A stretch of 64,000 bases of DNA from the NCBI GenBank assembly GCA_044376085.1, contig JBILLN010000005.1:1125-65124 (forward strand), read 5' to 3'. Below, one piece after another: positions 35,979-45,303 of the stretch. The notes beneath the pieces were generated by a model. The model made no database searches. It saw nothing but the letters and a program-made list of their open reading frames with translations, and had not been told where the DNA came from. The first letter of the stretch is position 1. Every line of letters starts with the position of its first letter. This DNA is from Bradymonadia bacterium. GTDB lineage: Bacteria > Myxococcota_A > Bradymonadia > UBA7976 > UBA1532. The position numbers were made by a program, and so were the translations under genes.

Positions 35979-36066
35979 GACGGCTCCTGGGTGGTCGCTA
36001 CGCCCCCGGGCTTTTCAGGCGGGTGTTCCGTGCGCGCGAACCGTTGGGGTTGGACGGCGTGAGTGC

Positions 36067-36264
36067 TCAGCCGTTGGGCAGCAAGACCTTGACGAGACCC
36101 GCGTCACCGGACTGCAGGAAGGACTGGCGGCGGAGCTGGCGCTTCCGCTTCGAGCTCTTCTTGGTCAGGATGTGACGCTTGTTCGCCCGGGTGGCCTTGA
36201 CTTTGCCGTTCTTGGTGACCTGGAACCGCTTGCGCGCGGCCTTGCGGGTCTTCATCTTGGGCAT
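36067..36264 (-). CDS. rpmI: 50S ribosomal protein L35
   Basis: ATG at 36264 gives MPKMKTRKAARKRFQVTKNGKVKATRANKRHILTKKSSKRKRQLRR. The track ORF 36067..36432 over-extends through the tRNA-Val. Confidence 0.85.
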   Translation of the reverse strand: MPKMKTRKAARKRFQVTKNGKVKATRANKRHILTKKSSKRKRQLRRQSFLQSGDAGLVKVLLPNG

Positions 36265-36353
36265 GGGTGTTCCCGGCTCCTCGAAATGCCGCCGATGTGC
36301 GGCCAGAAAACGGCAGCGCCCGCCGACGTACATCGGCGGGCGCTGAATGGCTT

Positions 36354-36428
36354 TGGTAGGCGCGGGCGGGATTGAACCGCCGACCCCTTCCACGTCAAGG
36401 AAGTGCTCTCCCGCTGAGCTACGCGCCT
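36354..36428 (-). tRNA. tRNA-Val (anticodon GAC), with CCA encoded
   Basis: Acceptor AGGCGCG/CGCGCCU, D-arm GCUC/GAGC, anticodon stem CUUCC/GGAAG with loop UUGACGU, T-arm GGCGG-UUCAAUC-CCGCC. Discriminator A followed by CCA. Confidence 0.8.
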
Positions 36429-36455
36429 GCAATGCAGACGTCCAAAGCGGCGAGG

Positions 36456-36485
36456 CTTATACCAAGCGGCATTTCGGAACGTCAA
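36456..36485 (-). promoter_or_regulatory. Sigma70-like promoter candidate: TTGACG-18 nt-TATAAG
   Basis: Read on the minus strand. The -10 element ends about 27 nt upstream of the mature tRNA-Val 5' end, in an AT-rich island that includes a T8 run. Confidence 0.4.
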
Positions 36486-36523
36486 CGATTTTTTTTCGAC
36501 GAATCGTGGCACGCTCTGCCGAC

Positions 36524-36997
36524 ATGAAGGCGCTCACGACCGTCCTGGACGATGTCCTCGAGAAACTCGCCCATGGCACCGGGTCCGGGTCCGACGCCTC
36601 GGCGAAGGCGGCGGAGTCGGCCCTGCGCCTGGGTTGGTCCCGAATCGTCGGCCGCGAGCTCGCGCGGGTGACCACCCCCCTTCGTTTCGACGCGACCTCT
36701 CGCCTGCTCGAGGTTGCCGTCGAGGCGCGCTGGCGTGAGGCGCTCTTCGCGTCACGCGGCGTGATCACGGAGCGGGCGCGCGACATCGTCGCCGCGCTGG
36801 CGGGCGTCCGCCTCGTCACCGTCCCGGAGGGACACGTTCCGCGACCGGTTCCCGCATCGCCGCTCGGGTCCGCCCCCGAAGCCCTCGCAGAGCCTGCGCG
36901 AGACCCGCGGACCGCGGGCCTCCACGACCCGGACCTGCGACGTTCGGTCGACGCGTTGATCGCCGCCGTCGAGCGCGTGCGCCCCGGTGCCCCGTGA
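36524..36997 (+). CDS. DUF721/DciA-like protein
   Basis: ATG at 36524 gives MKALTTVLDDVLEKL... The pattern L..W..IVG.ELA..T.P..F....L.V.V....W..AL is typical of DUF721. The 5' part of track ORF 36347..36997 overlaps the tRNA-Val and is rejected. Confidence 0.5.
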   Translation: MKALTTVLDDVLEKLAHGTGSGSDASAKAAESALRLGWSRIVGRELARVTTPLRFDATSRLLEVAVEARWREALFASRGVITERARDIVAALAGVRLVTVPEGHVPRPVPASPLGSAPEALAEPARDPRTAGLHDPDLRRSVDALIAAVERVRPGAP

Positions 36998-37866
36998 GGG
37001 CTCGGAATCACCGACTCGTCGGAGGAAAAGCCAGTCTCGGGTGGGCCGCCGCGGTGGTGTTCGTCCTGTCCCTCGCGCTGGGGTCCCTGCCCTCGCTCGC
37101 CATGGCGCATCTGGGGACGCCGTTCGGGGACGTCCTCGGCCCGCTGCTCGAGGCGGAGGTCGTCGTGCTCGTGCGGACCCGCGCCGAAACCGTCGTCGAG
37201 CCCGCCGGTGCCCGGACCGAGGCCGAGGTGACAGCGAATCTGGTCGGCCACGCCCCACGCCGTCTGACGATGATCCAACCGCCGCCCCACATCCATCGGC
37301 TGAGAGAGGGCACGAGCGCCGTCGTGCCGCTCCGTCGGATCGGGCCGGGTCGGTACCGGGTGCTCGTCGAGACGTCCACACCCCTGGACGGCGATCCGCG
37401 CGAGGTCGCCGCCCTTCGTCGGCTCCTGGCCGCCTGGCGGGCGTTGCCCCGACCCCTTCCGGATTCGGTTCGGCTGCGTCGCGCCTTGGCGCACCTCGAG
37501 GGCTCGACCATGCTCGAACGCCGCCTGGTGCTGGAGCAGTTGCTGAACGCCACCGCGGAAGCCCGACGCGCGATGGGACCCGCGGACGACGCCGCGCTGG
37601 TCGACGCGGTCCGGAAGGCACGGCTGCCGGAGCCCTACCGACTCGGGCTGTTGCGCTTCGCCGCGCTGTCCGGCCGACAGGCTGTTCTCGACGGTCTCTG
37701 CCAGCGGGAGACGGACCTCTCCCCGGCACTCCGCGGTGCCCTCTTCGACGCGATGAGTCGTTCGCCGTCCCGCTGCGCCACGGACGCACTGGCTGCGTGC
37801 GCCGTGCGCGCGGGAGATCCGCTGGCGGAGCGGTGCCGCACGCTCGCTGCTCGCCGGGGGCCGTGA
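36994..37866 (+). CDS. Hypothetical secreted protein
   Basis: The GTG start makes a GTGA overlap with the previous stop. A hydrophobic signal-like segment AAAVVFVLSLALGSLPSLAMA follows. Confidence 0.45.
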   Translation: MRARNHRLVGGKASLGWAAAVVFVLSLALGSLPSLAMAHLGTPFGDVLGPLLEAEVVVLVRTRAETVVEPAGARTEAEVTANLVGHAPRRLTMIQPPPHIHRLREGTSAVVPLRRIGPGRYRVLVETSTPLDGDPREVAALRRLLAAWRALPRPLPDSVRLRRALAHLEGSTMLERRLVLEQLLNATAEARRAMGPADDAALVDAVRKARLPEPYRLGLLRFAALSGRQAVLDGLCQRETDLSPALRGALFDAMSRSPSRCATDALAACAVRAGDPLAERCRTLAARRGP

Positions 37867-37969
37867 ACCGCCGACGAACGGACGACTTCCCTGCACCTCG
37901 GCGCATGTGCGCCTTGACACCCGCGCGCCCACTGCCCTAGACGGTAGCCCTTCCACGATGGGGAGAGAC

Positions 37970-39319
37970 ATGCGCACAGCGTCCCGAACGCGCGACCTGG
38001 TAGCGGCCCTGGCGGTCGCCTCGGTCCTGGCCGCCTGCAAAGGCACGGAAGTCAAGGGCTACTACAGCGACGTCGCCGACGCAGGGGCGGGTGGCAGCGA
38101 ATCCGGCGGCGGTGCCGACGGCGGCGCGGCCACCGGGGGCATGGCAGCCGGGGGTACACCGTCCGAAGGCGGCTCCGATGGCGGCGCGGCGGTCGGCGGT
38201 GCCGGTGGTTCGGGCAGCGGTGGCACCCCGTCCGGCGAGATCGAACCGTTCGCCGGCGGCTGCACGGCCGACACCGATTGTGGGCCCGACACCCGCTGCG
38301 TTCTGGGTATCTGCGTGAAGCCGCCCCCCCAGAACTTCAAGGCGAACTTCGCCTGCGACGACGTGCTGATCGAGGGTTCCGACCCCGACTTCTCCTGCTG
38401 GGAGACCCCTCAGGCGCTCGAGGCCGACGGCCCGGCCGAGGTCCCGATGCGAGGCCGCATCGAGTATTTCGGCGACGGCAACGTGACGAAGGATCTGACG
38501 GTCAAGATCTACGACTTCACGACATTCGATCCGACGCCCTGTCTCGGCGTCGCCGACGGCATCATGAACGTCGACGATGCACGGGCCATGACCGAGGCCT
38601 GCGTCGACGAGAACAACATCGCGCTGGCCGAAACGGTCAGCCACCTCTGCGAAGACAACCCGAGCGAGGGCTGCTACGAGATCGATGCCGTCCCCACGGG
38701 CACCGAACTCGTGATTCGCGTTTTCGGCGAAAGCCGGCTCTGGGTCCCGACCTACGAGTACGGCGTCTTCGTCAACCCGTGCGTGCTGTCCGAGTTCAAG
38801 GACGACAGCGTCTGCCCCGAGCAGCGCGAGGGCGCGGCGCCGGACACGAACTGGAGCTGTTCCCTGAAGGACGAGGCGGGCGAGGTCTACATGCCGAACG
38901 ACCTCAACGTCCTGTCGAAGACGACGTGGACGACGTTCCCTCCGACTGCCGGGGTCCCGCGCATCGAGCTCGGGCACGGTGCGATCGCAGGGCGCGCCTA
39001 CGACTGCCAGGGACGCCCGGTGGTCAACGCCTCGGTCGGGGTCCATGACCCGGGCCGTCGCACGACGTACTTCAACGGCAATCCGAACGACACCCTGCCC
39101 CAGCCCGGTCTCGACCGCACCAACCTCGACGCGACCTACGCCAATCTCGATACCCCGGCCGGCGTCCAGGGCGTCGTTACGGTGGCATGGCAGGGAGACG
39201 GCGCCGGCCGCACGCTGACCCTCGTCAACTTCAATCGGATGGTCCTGCTTCCGAACACCCTGATCATCCTGAGCCCCTCCGGTCGGCATCCCAAAGACGT
39301 CTTCCCGCCCTACCTCTGA
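37970..39319 (+). CDS. Lipoprotein with a Gly-rich linker and a Cys-containing globular domain
   Basis: A GGGGAGAG RBS lies 3-10 nt upstream of the ATG at 37970. MRTASRTRDLVAALAVASVLAAC is a lipobox. The G/S/A linker is about 70 aa. Confidence 0.6.
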   Translation: MRTASRTRDLVAALAVASVLAACKGTEVKGYYSDVADAGAGGSESGGGADGGAATGGMAAGGTPSEGGSDGGAAVGGAGGSGSGGTPSGEIEPFAGGCTADTDCGPDTRCVLGICVKPPPQNFKANFACDDVLIEGSDPDFSCWETPQALEADGPAEVPMRGRIEYFGDGNVTKDLTVKIYDFTTFDPTPCLGVADGIMNVDDARAMTEACVDENNIALAETVSHLCEDNPSEGCYEIDAVPTGTELVIRVFGESRLWVPTYEYGVFVNPCVLSEFKDDSVCPEQREGAAPDTNWSCSLKDEAGEVYMPNDLNVLSKTTWTTFPPTAGVPRIELGHGAIAGRAYDCQGRPVVNASVGVHDPGRRTTYFNGNPNDTLPQPGLDRTNLDATYANLDTPAGVQGVVTVAWQGDGAGRTLTLVNFNRMVLLPNTLIILSPSGRHPKDVFPPYL

Positions 39320-39328
39320 GGAGTCCCG

Positions 39329-41362
39329 ATGCGCACCGCCCAACTGCTCGGCAGCGCCCTCTGCCTCTCGACGCTGGCGCTCGGGGGATGCCTGATCCCG
39401 GACGAGCGGTCCAGCACGCGTTTCGTGACGGACGGCGTCGCGGACGCCGCGGTCGTGGAAGATGCCGCCGCCCCCGAGGCGGATCGGGGTCCGGTCGTGG
39501 ACGCCGTCGTTTCGACCGGCGATGCGGCCACCGGCCCCTCGGCCGACGCCGGCCCCTGCGGACCGCCCCCCTTCGACCCCGTCGTCACTCAGATCTGCCC
39601 GGGAGGGACCGGGTGCCAGTCGGCGGGGGGGGTGCTCCTGCGTGTGGGTGCCGCCCGCCACGAGGTCAGCGATCTCTCCTTCGAACTGCCCCGCGTCGAG
39701 TTCCTCGAAGAGTTCGGCGGATGCAACGAAAGCCAGGGAGGCGGTCCCGGGCGGTGCGGCGCCCTCGACCGGAACTTCATGCGAAACTGCGGACGCGACC
39801 GCCTGTGCCCCGAAGACGAGGGCTACCCCGGGGTCGCCGACGAGGGCGAAGGCGACATCGGCGCGGACGGCATCCCCATCTGGGACTACTTTCACGACTG
39901 CGGCATCGACCGGCTGTGCCCGGGTGATCCCGGTTACGTCGGGCCGGACGAGGGCGAGGGCAACGGCAAGTTCGACGGCCTCTGGCTCGCCGGTTTCCAG
40001 AACAACCGCCCGGCGCTCGGCGTCCGGGACCCCCTCTGGGCCCGGACGATTGCCGTCGAGGACGGCGAGACTCTGTTGACCCTCACCTCGATCGACGCCG
40101 TCGGCATCTTCTACGACGACGTCAAGCGAATCCGGGCGCGCGCCATCGAGCTCCTCGCCGACGAACGGCCGGACCTCGAGGTCGACTACATGTTCGTTTC
40201 GTCGACGCACGACCACGAGGCCCCGGACACGATGGGACAGTGGGCCGGCGAGGTGGACCCCGAAATCGACATCCCGCTGGTCACCGGCGTCAACCCGCGC
40301 TACATCGCGCACCTTCGGGAGAAGGCCGCGCGCAGCATCGTGGACGCCGTCGTCTCCATGCGACCGGCGTCCATGCGGGTTGCCGAGACGCACACCGGCG
40401 CCGACGGCTTTCTCCGGGACTCGCGCGATCCGCAGGTCATCAACGACACCATGGGCGTCGTTCAGTTTCTCGACGAAACAGATGCGACGATTGCGACGCT
40501 CGTCACCTGGGGCAACCACCCCGAGGGCATGAGTGATGTCAATAATCTGATCACCTCCGACTTCGCACACGGGCTTCGGGACGGCATCGAAAACGGCATC
40601 CCGGAGTCCCCGTCGACCACCGCGCGCCCCGGCGTGGGTGGCATCGCGGTCTACATGCAGGGCACCGTCGGCGGTCTCATGACGCCCCTCGGGGTCGAGG
40701 TTCGCGACCTTCAGGGCCAGGTCGTCACGAACTACACGTTCCACCGGGTCGACGTGATGGGCTGGCGTCTCGCGGGTCACGCGCTCGACGCGATGGCGGC
40801 CGCCGCGACGGCCGAGACCACCGCCGTGCGGTTCGCGCAGACCGACTTCGTGATTCCGGTCGAGAACCGCATCTTCCACGTCGCGACCCTGGTCAACCTC
40901 TTCAACCGCGAGAATCCCTACTTCGACTCGAACCTGCCCATCGACGCCTGCAACATGCCCCATGCCCGCACGGAAATGGCCGTCATGCAGATCGGCCCGG
41001 TCACGCTGTACTCCGTGCCGGGCGAGTTGTTCCCGGAGTTGGCCGTGGGTTTCGATGCCCGCTGGGCGTTTGGCCGACCCCAGATCAAGGCGGACAATCC
41101 GAATCCGCCGGATCTGAGCGCCGCTCCCCCTCCCCCGTACTTCTCCGATCTGGCCCCGGGTCAGTACCGCTGGCCTCTCGGTCTCGGAAACGATGAGCTC
41201 GGTTACCTCGTGCCCGAGTACGACTACAAGCTCGACGACGACGCTCCGTACTTCACGGAGCCCGACGGCGACCACTACGAGGAAACCAATTCCGTGGGCC
41301 CGAATGCGGTGCCCCGCGTGCGGATCGTGCTCGATCGCCTCATCCAGGCGCTCGCGCCCTGA
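39329..41362 (+). CDS. Lipoprotein with distant similarity to the neutral/alkaline ceramidase family
   Basis: MRTAQLLGSALCLSTLALGGC is a lipobox. SSTHDHEAPD resembles the ceramidase AATHTHSGP motif. GIFYDDVKRIRARAIELL resembles GMIFQAVHLKVLARLK. SVPGELFPE resembles GAPAEFT. These are remembered motifs and not a computed alignment. Confidence 0.4.
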   Translation: MRTAQLLGSALCLSTLALGGCLIPDERSSTRFVTDGVADAAVVEDAAAPEADRGPVVDAVVSTGDAATGPSADAGPCGPPPFDPVVTQICPGGTGCQSAGGVLLRVGAARHEVSDLSFELPRVEFLEEFGGCNESQGGGPGRCGALDRNFMRNCGRDRLCPEDEGYPGVADEGEGDIGADGIPIWDYFHDCGIDRLCPGDPGYVGPDEGEGNGKFDGLWLAGFQNNRPALGVRDPLWARTIAVEDGETLLTLTSIDAVGIFYDDVKRIRARAIELLADERPDLEVDYMFVSSTHDHEAPDTMGQWAGEVDPEIDIPLVTGVNPRYIAHLREKAARSIVDAVVSMRPASMRVAETHTGADGFLRDSRDPQVINDTMGVVQFLDETDATIATLVTWGNHPEGMSDVNNLITSDFAHGLRDGIENGIPESPSTTARPGVGGIAVYMQGTVGGLMTPLGVEVRDLQGQVVTNYTFHRVDVMGWRLAGHALDAMAAAATAETTAVRFAQTDFVIPVENRIFHVATLVNLFNRENPYFDSNLPIDACNMPHARTEMAVMQIGPVTLYSVPGELFPELAVGFDARWAFGRPQIKADNPNPPDLSAAPPPPYFSDLAPGQYRWPLGLGNDELGYLVPEYDYKLDDDAPYFTEPDGDHYEETNSVGPNAVPRVRIVLDRLIQALAP

Positions 41363-41373
41363 AAGCGCCTTCC

Positions 41374-43227
41374 ATGTCTTCCCTTCGTTTCGCCGATCTC
41401 GATCTCTCGGCGCCGATGCTCTCTGCCCTCGAGGCCATCGGATACCTCCAGCCCACGCCCGTCCAGTCCACCGCCATCCCGTTGATCGGCGCCGGGCGGG
41501 ACCTCATGGTCCAGTCCCAGACGGGGACCGGGAAGACGGCCGCCTTCGGCATCCCGCTCATCGAGCGCCTCGGCGCCGAGCCCGTCCGTGGGATTCAAGC
41601 CCTCATCCTCGCGCCGACGCGTGAACTCGCGAAACAGGTCTCCGACGAACTGAACCGTCTGGCGGCGCACCACGGTGTCCAGAGCGTGGCCATCTACGGC
41701 GGCGCGTCGATGGACAAGCAGATCGCAGAAATCAAGTTCGCCCACATCGTCGCCGGCACACCGGGCCGCGTTCTCGACCACCTGCGGCGCGGCACCTTGC
41801 GCTTCAACGGGTTGAAGATGGTCGTGCTCGACGAGGCCGACGAGATGCTGAGCCTGGGGTTCGCCCGCGAACTCGAACAGGTCATGAGTTTCGTGCCGAC
41901 CGAGCGCCAGACGCTCCTGTTCTCCGCGACGATCCCGGAGGACATCAAGAGCTACGCGCAGCGGTACATGCGCCAGCCCGAGTTCGTCAGCCTCATCGAG
42001 CAGAATGTGGGGGCGGACGACGTCGAACACCATTACTACATGGTGAGCGGCGTGGGTCGCTCCAAGGACCTCGTTCAGGTCATCGAATTCGAGGAGCCGG
42101 GCAACGCGATCATCTTCACCAACACCCGAGCCGACAGCGAGGTCGTTGCTCAGTTCTTGAAGCGGCAGGGCTACGAGGCCGAGTACCTCAACGGCGACCT
42201 GCCGCAGCGGGACCGAGAGGCCATCATGGCCCGCACCAAGGACAAGTCACTGCGTTTCCTGGTGGCCACGGACATCGCGGCGCGCGGTATCGACATCAGC
42301 CAGTTGAGCCATGTCATCAACTTCACGCTGCCCGAGTCCCCGGAGGTCTACATCCACCGGACGGGCCGAACGGGGCGCGCCGGCCACAAGGGGACGGCGA
42401 TCAGCCTGATCGGTCCGAGAGAGATCGGGGTCTACTACTATCTCAAGCGGATCTACAAGGTCGCCCTTCAGGAGCGCAGCGTGCCGACCCAGGCCGAGAT
42501 TGACCTCAAGAAGGCGGAACGTCGGACCGATTCGCTCGTCCACGAGATCTTCGCCCTGCATCACGGACGGCCGCCCCACAGCGCGGAACTCCGGGCGCAG
42601 GCGGTCCGACTGCTCGAGCGCGACGACGCGATCGAGGTGATGGAGGCCTTGCTGGCGGCCTTCCATCAGCGGGGTCAGCGCCCGGTCGCCGCCGCGTCGG
42701 TCCCGGCGAGCGGACCCCTGGCAGCCGTGCCTCGACCGGAGACCATCGCGCCGGGCGGGCGCCCCGACACGCTCGCCAGCGTTGCGGAGCGAGTCGCCAT
42801 CGTGCAGAGCGAGTTCCGCGGCCTTCCCCCCGAACGTGACGCCGCGCCGCGTCGGAGTCCCTCACCGATGCCCGACCGCACGGCGCTTCCCCCCGCCCCC
42901 CCGGCGCCGCCCCCCCCTGCCCCCCGAACGGCGCCCGAGCCGCAGGCAGACAGCCCGGCCCCCCGTCTGCCCCCCCTCGGCGCCGGCCAGGCCCGGTTGT
43001 GGGTCAACGTCGGCGATCGTGACGGACTCAGCGCCGAAGAGCTGCGCACGTCCCTGGCCGATCTCGCCGGACTCGACCCGGAAGACGTCCTGGACGTTGA
43101 CCTCCGGTTGCGACACAGCTACGTGGTTGTGCTCGATGACTACGCCCGAGACGTCGTCGACGCCCTCGATGGAGAGCGCCTCGACGGAAAGAAACTGCGC
43201 GTCGAACTGGCAAAGGAAGAAGCCTGA
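41374..43227 (+). CDS. DEAD-box ATP-dependent RNA helicase with a C-terminal Gly/Pro-rich and DbpA-like extension
   Basis: Q-motif PTPVQ, Walker A SQTGTGKT, DEAD (VLDEADEML), SAT and HRTGRTGRAG motifs. It lies 11 nt after the previous stop. Confidence 0.9.
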   Translation: MSSLRFADLDLSAPMLSALEAIGYLQPTPVQSTAIPLIGAGRDLMVQSQTGTGKTAAFGIPLIERLGAEPVRGIQALILAPTRELAKQVSDELNRLAAHHGVQSVAIYGGASMDKQIAEIKFAHIVAGTPGRVLDHLRRGTLRFNGLKMVVLDEADEMLSLGFARELEQVMSFVPTERQTLLFSATIPEDIKSYAQRYMRQPEFVSLIEQNVGADDVEHHYYMVSGVGRSKDLVQVIEFEEPGNAIIFTNTRADSEVVAQFLKRQGYEAEYLNGDLPQRDREAIMARTKDKSLRFLVATDIAARGIDISQLSHVINFTLPESPEVYIHRTGRTGRAGHKGTAISLIGPREIGVYYYLKRIYKVALQERSVPTQAEIDLKKAERRTDSLVHEIFALHHGRPPHSAELRAQAVRLLERDDAIEVMEALLAAFHQRGQRPVAAASVPASGPLAAVPRPETIAPGGRPDTLASVAERVAIVQSEFRGLPPERDAAPRRSPSPMPDRTALPPAPPAPPPPAPRTAPEPQADSPAPRLPPLGAGQARLWVNVGDRDGLSAEELRTSLADLAGLDPEDVLDVDLRLRHSYVVVLDDYARDVVDALDGERLDGKKLRVELAKEEA

Positions 43228-43228
43228 G

Positions 43229-43768
43229 ATGTCCTCGACCTCCGCTCGTTTGCTCGCCCTCGCGGGGGCCCTCTTCGTCGTCCCGGCCTGCAAGCCCAAA
43301 ACGACGCCTCCTCCGGTGGACCCGGCCGAGGCAGCGGCGGCCAGCCTGCCACCGGCGCGCATCGACCTTCCGGCCCCCATCAAGCTCGAAGGCACGCTGC
43401 CCCCGGATACCCACGCCGACGGCAAGATGCGCATCGATGGACTCCTCGCTCGGCGCGAGAAGTACATCGGCAAGAAGATCGTCGTCCGCGGCTTCCTCGT
43501 CGAGAAGTACGAGCCGCCCAAGGACGCCAAGCGATTTCTTCAGAACCACGGATACTTGGCGGATACGCCCGCGGGGGGCGACAAGCGCCTGCTCCTGACC
43601 GGCCTGCGCGACAGCGTGCGAGATGCCCTCGTGGTCGGGACGGAGTACGTCATTACGGGCGAGTTCGCCCAGCGGTCCGACGATGGGTTCGTCAACTCTC
43701 TCGGGCTGCTCATCTTCGAGAGCGCCGAAGGTCTCGAGATTCCGGACGAGAAGAACAAGAAGCGCTGA
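43229..43768 (+). CDS. Small lipoprotein
   Basis: The ATG lies 1 nt after the helicase stop. MSSTSARLLALAGALFVVPACK is a lipobox. Confidence 0.5.
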   Translation: MSSTSARLLALAGALFVVPACKPKTTPPPVDPAEAAAASLPPARIDLPAPIKLEGTLPPDTHADGKMRIDGLLARREKYIGKKIVVRGFLVEKYEPPKDAKRFLQNHGYLADTPAGGDKRLLLTGLRDSVRDALVVGTEYVITGEFAQRSDDGFVNSLGLLIFESAEGLEIPDEKNKKR

Positions 43769-43795
43769 CGCGCCCGCCCCACCGGTCGGCTGCGG

Positions 43796-45259
43796 TCATC
43801 CGCGGCTTGCCGGCTTCTCCATCGTCAGGATGATGCGGTTGCTCTCCGGACCGAAGAACGCGCCCGGGGTGTGCCGACTGCCCGAAATCTCACGCACCTC
43901 GAAGCCGACCATCTGCGCCATCCGCACGAGTTCGTGAACGGCGTAGAGGCGCATCGAGATGTTGTACTCACGCTGCATGCCGTCCGCGAAAACGGCAAAG
44001 CGTTTGATCGCGAGTCGGCTGGTGAGGTGGTCGAACTCGATGTCCTCCTGGACGAGGCACCCGTCGCCTTCCCACCAGTTGCGGGTTGGAATCCCCCGCA
44101 GCGCATAGTCTCGATTCGCGACGTCCAGGATGAAACGACCGCCCCGCTTCAGGGCGTCGTGGACGCCCCGGAGGACCATGAGGTTCTCCGGCTCGGTGAA
44201 GAACCCGAAGCTGCTGTCGAAGCAGAAGACCCCATCGAAGACATCTCGGAAGTTGAGATCACGCATGTCGCCATGCACGAACTTGATCGCCAGGGCGTTC
44301 GCTTGGGCTCGCCCGAGAGCGGCCTTGAGCATGTCGAGGCTCAGATCCAGCCCGACGACCTCGTAGCCCTTCGCCGCCAGCGGTACGGTGTGGCGCCCGT
44401 ATCCGCAACAGAGGTCGAGCACACGGGCGCCCCCCGAGAGCTTCAGCGCCGACTCGATCGTGTTCACCTCGCCCGCCGTCGAAGGGCCGAGTCGCTGGGG
44501 GTGCGCGAGGAAGTAGTCGTTCCCGAAGAGCTCCGCGAACCAGGCGCCGGCCGTCGGCGTTCGTCGAACGGTCGCACTCTTTCGAGCGAGACTCAGAATC
44601 GTGTCCACGGCCAGCGCGGGGTCGAGTTCGACGGCGTTCTCGGGGAGGCCGATCCGGGCGGCGGGTTCGGTGTCGTCCGGAATCTCGATGCTCTCGTCGG
44701 CGTCGGGGGCCGGGGTTTCGAGACGCGGCGGGCCACTGAGCGCGACGCCCGAGGGCGGCGGCGGCGGCGGCGGGGCCGGCGGAGCGACCGGCATCGACAC
44801 CGGAGGGGGGGCCACGACCGGCGGCGGCGCGACCGTCTCCACAGGCGGTTTCGGGGCATCGTCCACTCGAAACGCATCCGTCAGGACGACATCGTATCCG
44901 GCACCGTCGGCCTGAGCGGATGGTGACTCGGCGCGCGCCTGCGTCAACTCGAACTCGACGGCATCGGCGGCGGGGCGGTTCGCGCGTCGGCCCGCGGCGC
45001 CCGAGGCGGACCCTCCGCGACGTCGTTTGAACACGGCGGCGAGCGGCGCCTGCTCGGGCTCACCCAACGAAAAAAGCGGCGAAGCACCGGGGTCGTCGGC
45101 CGGTGCCGGGGCCGTCGGACCCGCAGCATCCTCCGGCGCCGCCGGCTGGGCGTCCCCATCGTTCGCGCGAGGGGTGTCGGGCTTCTCGTCTGACTCGTCC
45201 GGCAGCACTGATCCGTCCGCGTTTCTGAGGGGGGGGTGCCCCCTGCCGGTCACGGCCAA
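43796..45259 (-). CDS. Class I SAM-dependent methyltransferase with a 230-aa disordered Pro/Ala-rich N-terminus
   Basis: RVLDLCCGYGRH (motif I), VVGLDLS, FVHGDM and GRFILDV motifs. Confidence 0.8.
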   Translation of the reverse strand: MAVTGRGHPPLRNADGSVLPDESDEKPDTPRANDGDAQPAAPEDAAGPTAPAPADDPGASPLFSLGEPEQAPLAAVFKRRRGGSASGAAGRRANRPAADAVEFELTQARAESPSAQADGAGYDVVLTDAFRVDDAPKPPVETVAPPPVVAPPPVSMPVAPPAPPPPPPPSGVALSGPPRLETPAPDADESIEIPDDTEPAARIGLPENAVELDPALAVDTILSLARKSATVRRTPTAGAWFAELFGNDYFLAHPQRLGPSTAGEVNTIESALKLSGGARVLDLCCGYGRHTVPLAAKGYEVVGLDLSLDMLKAALGRAQANALAIKFVHGDMRDLNFRDVFDGVFCFDSSFGFFTEPENLMVLRGVHDALKRGGRFILDVANRDYALRGIPTRNWWEGDGCLVQEDIEFDHLTSRLAIKRFAVFADGMQREYNISMRLYAVHELVRMAQMVGFEVREISGSRHTPGAFFGPESNRIILTMEKPASRG

Positions 45260-45303
45260 TTCACGGCATTGACGCCCACTCTAACACGCGCGGAGCATCT
45301 TCC

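Noticed and set aside
37867-37969. TTGACA box upstream of the lipoprotein gene 37970
   Set aside because: A perfect -35 hexamer, but no acceptable -10 element at 16-19 nt spacing (cTAgAc only). Kept as unsupported.
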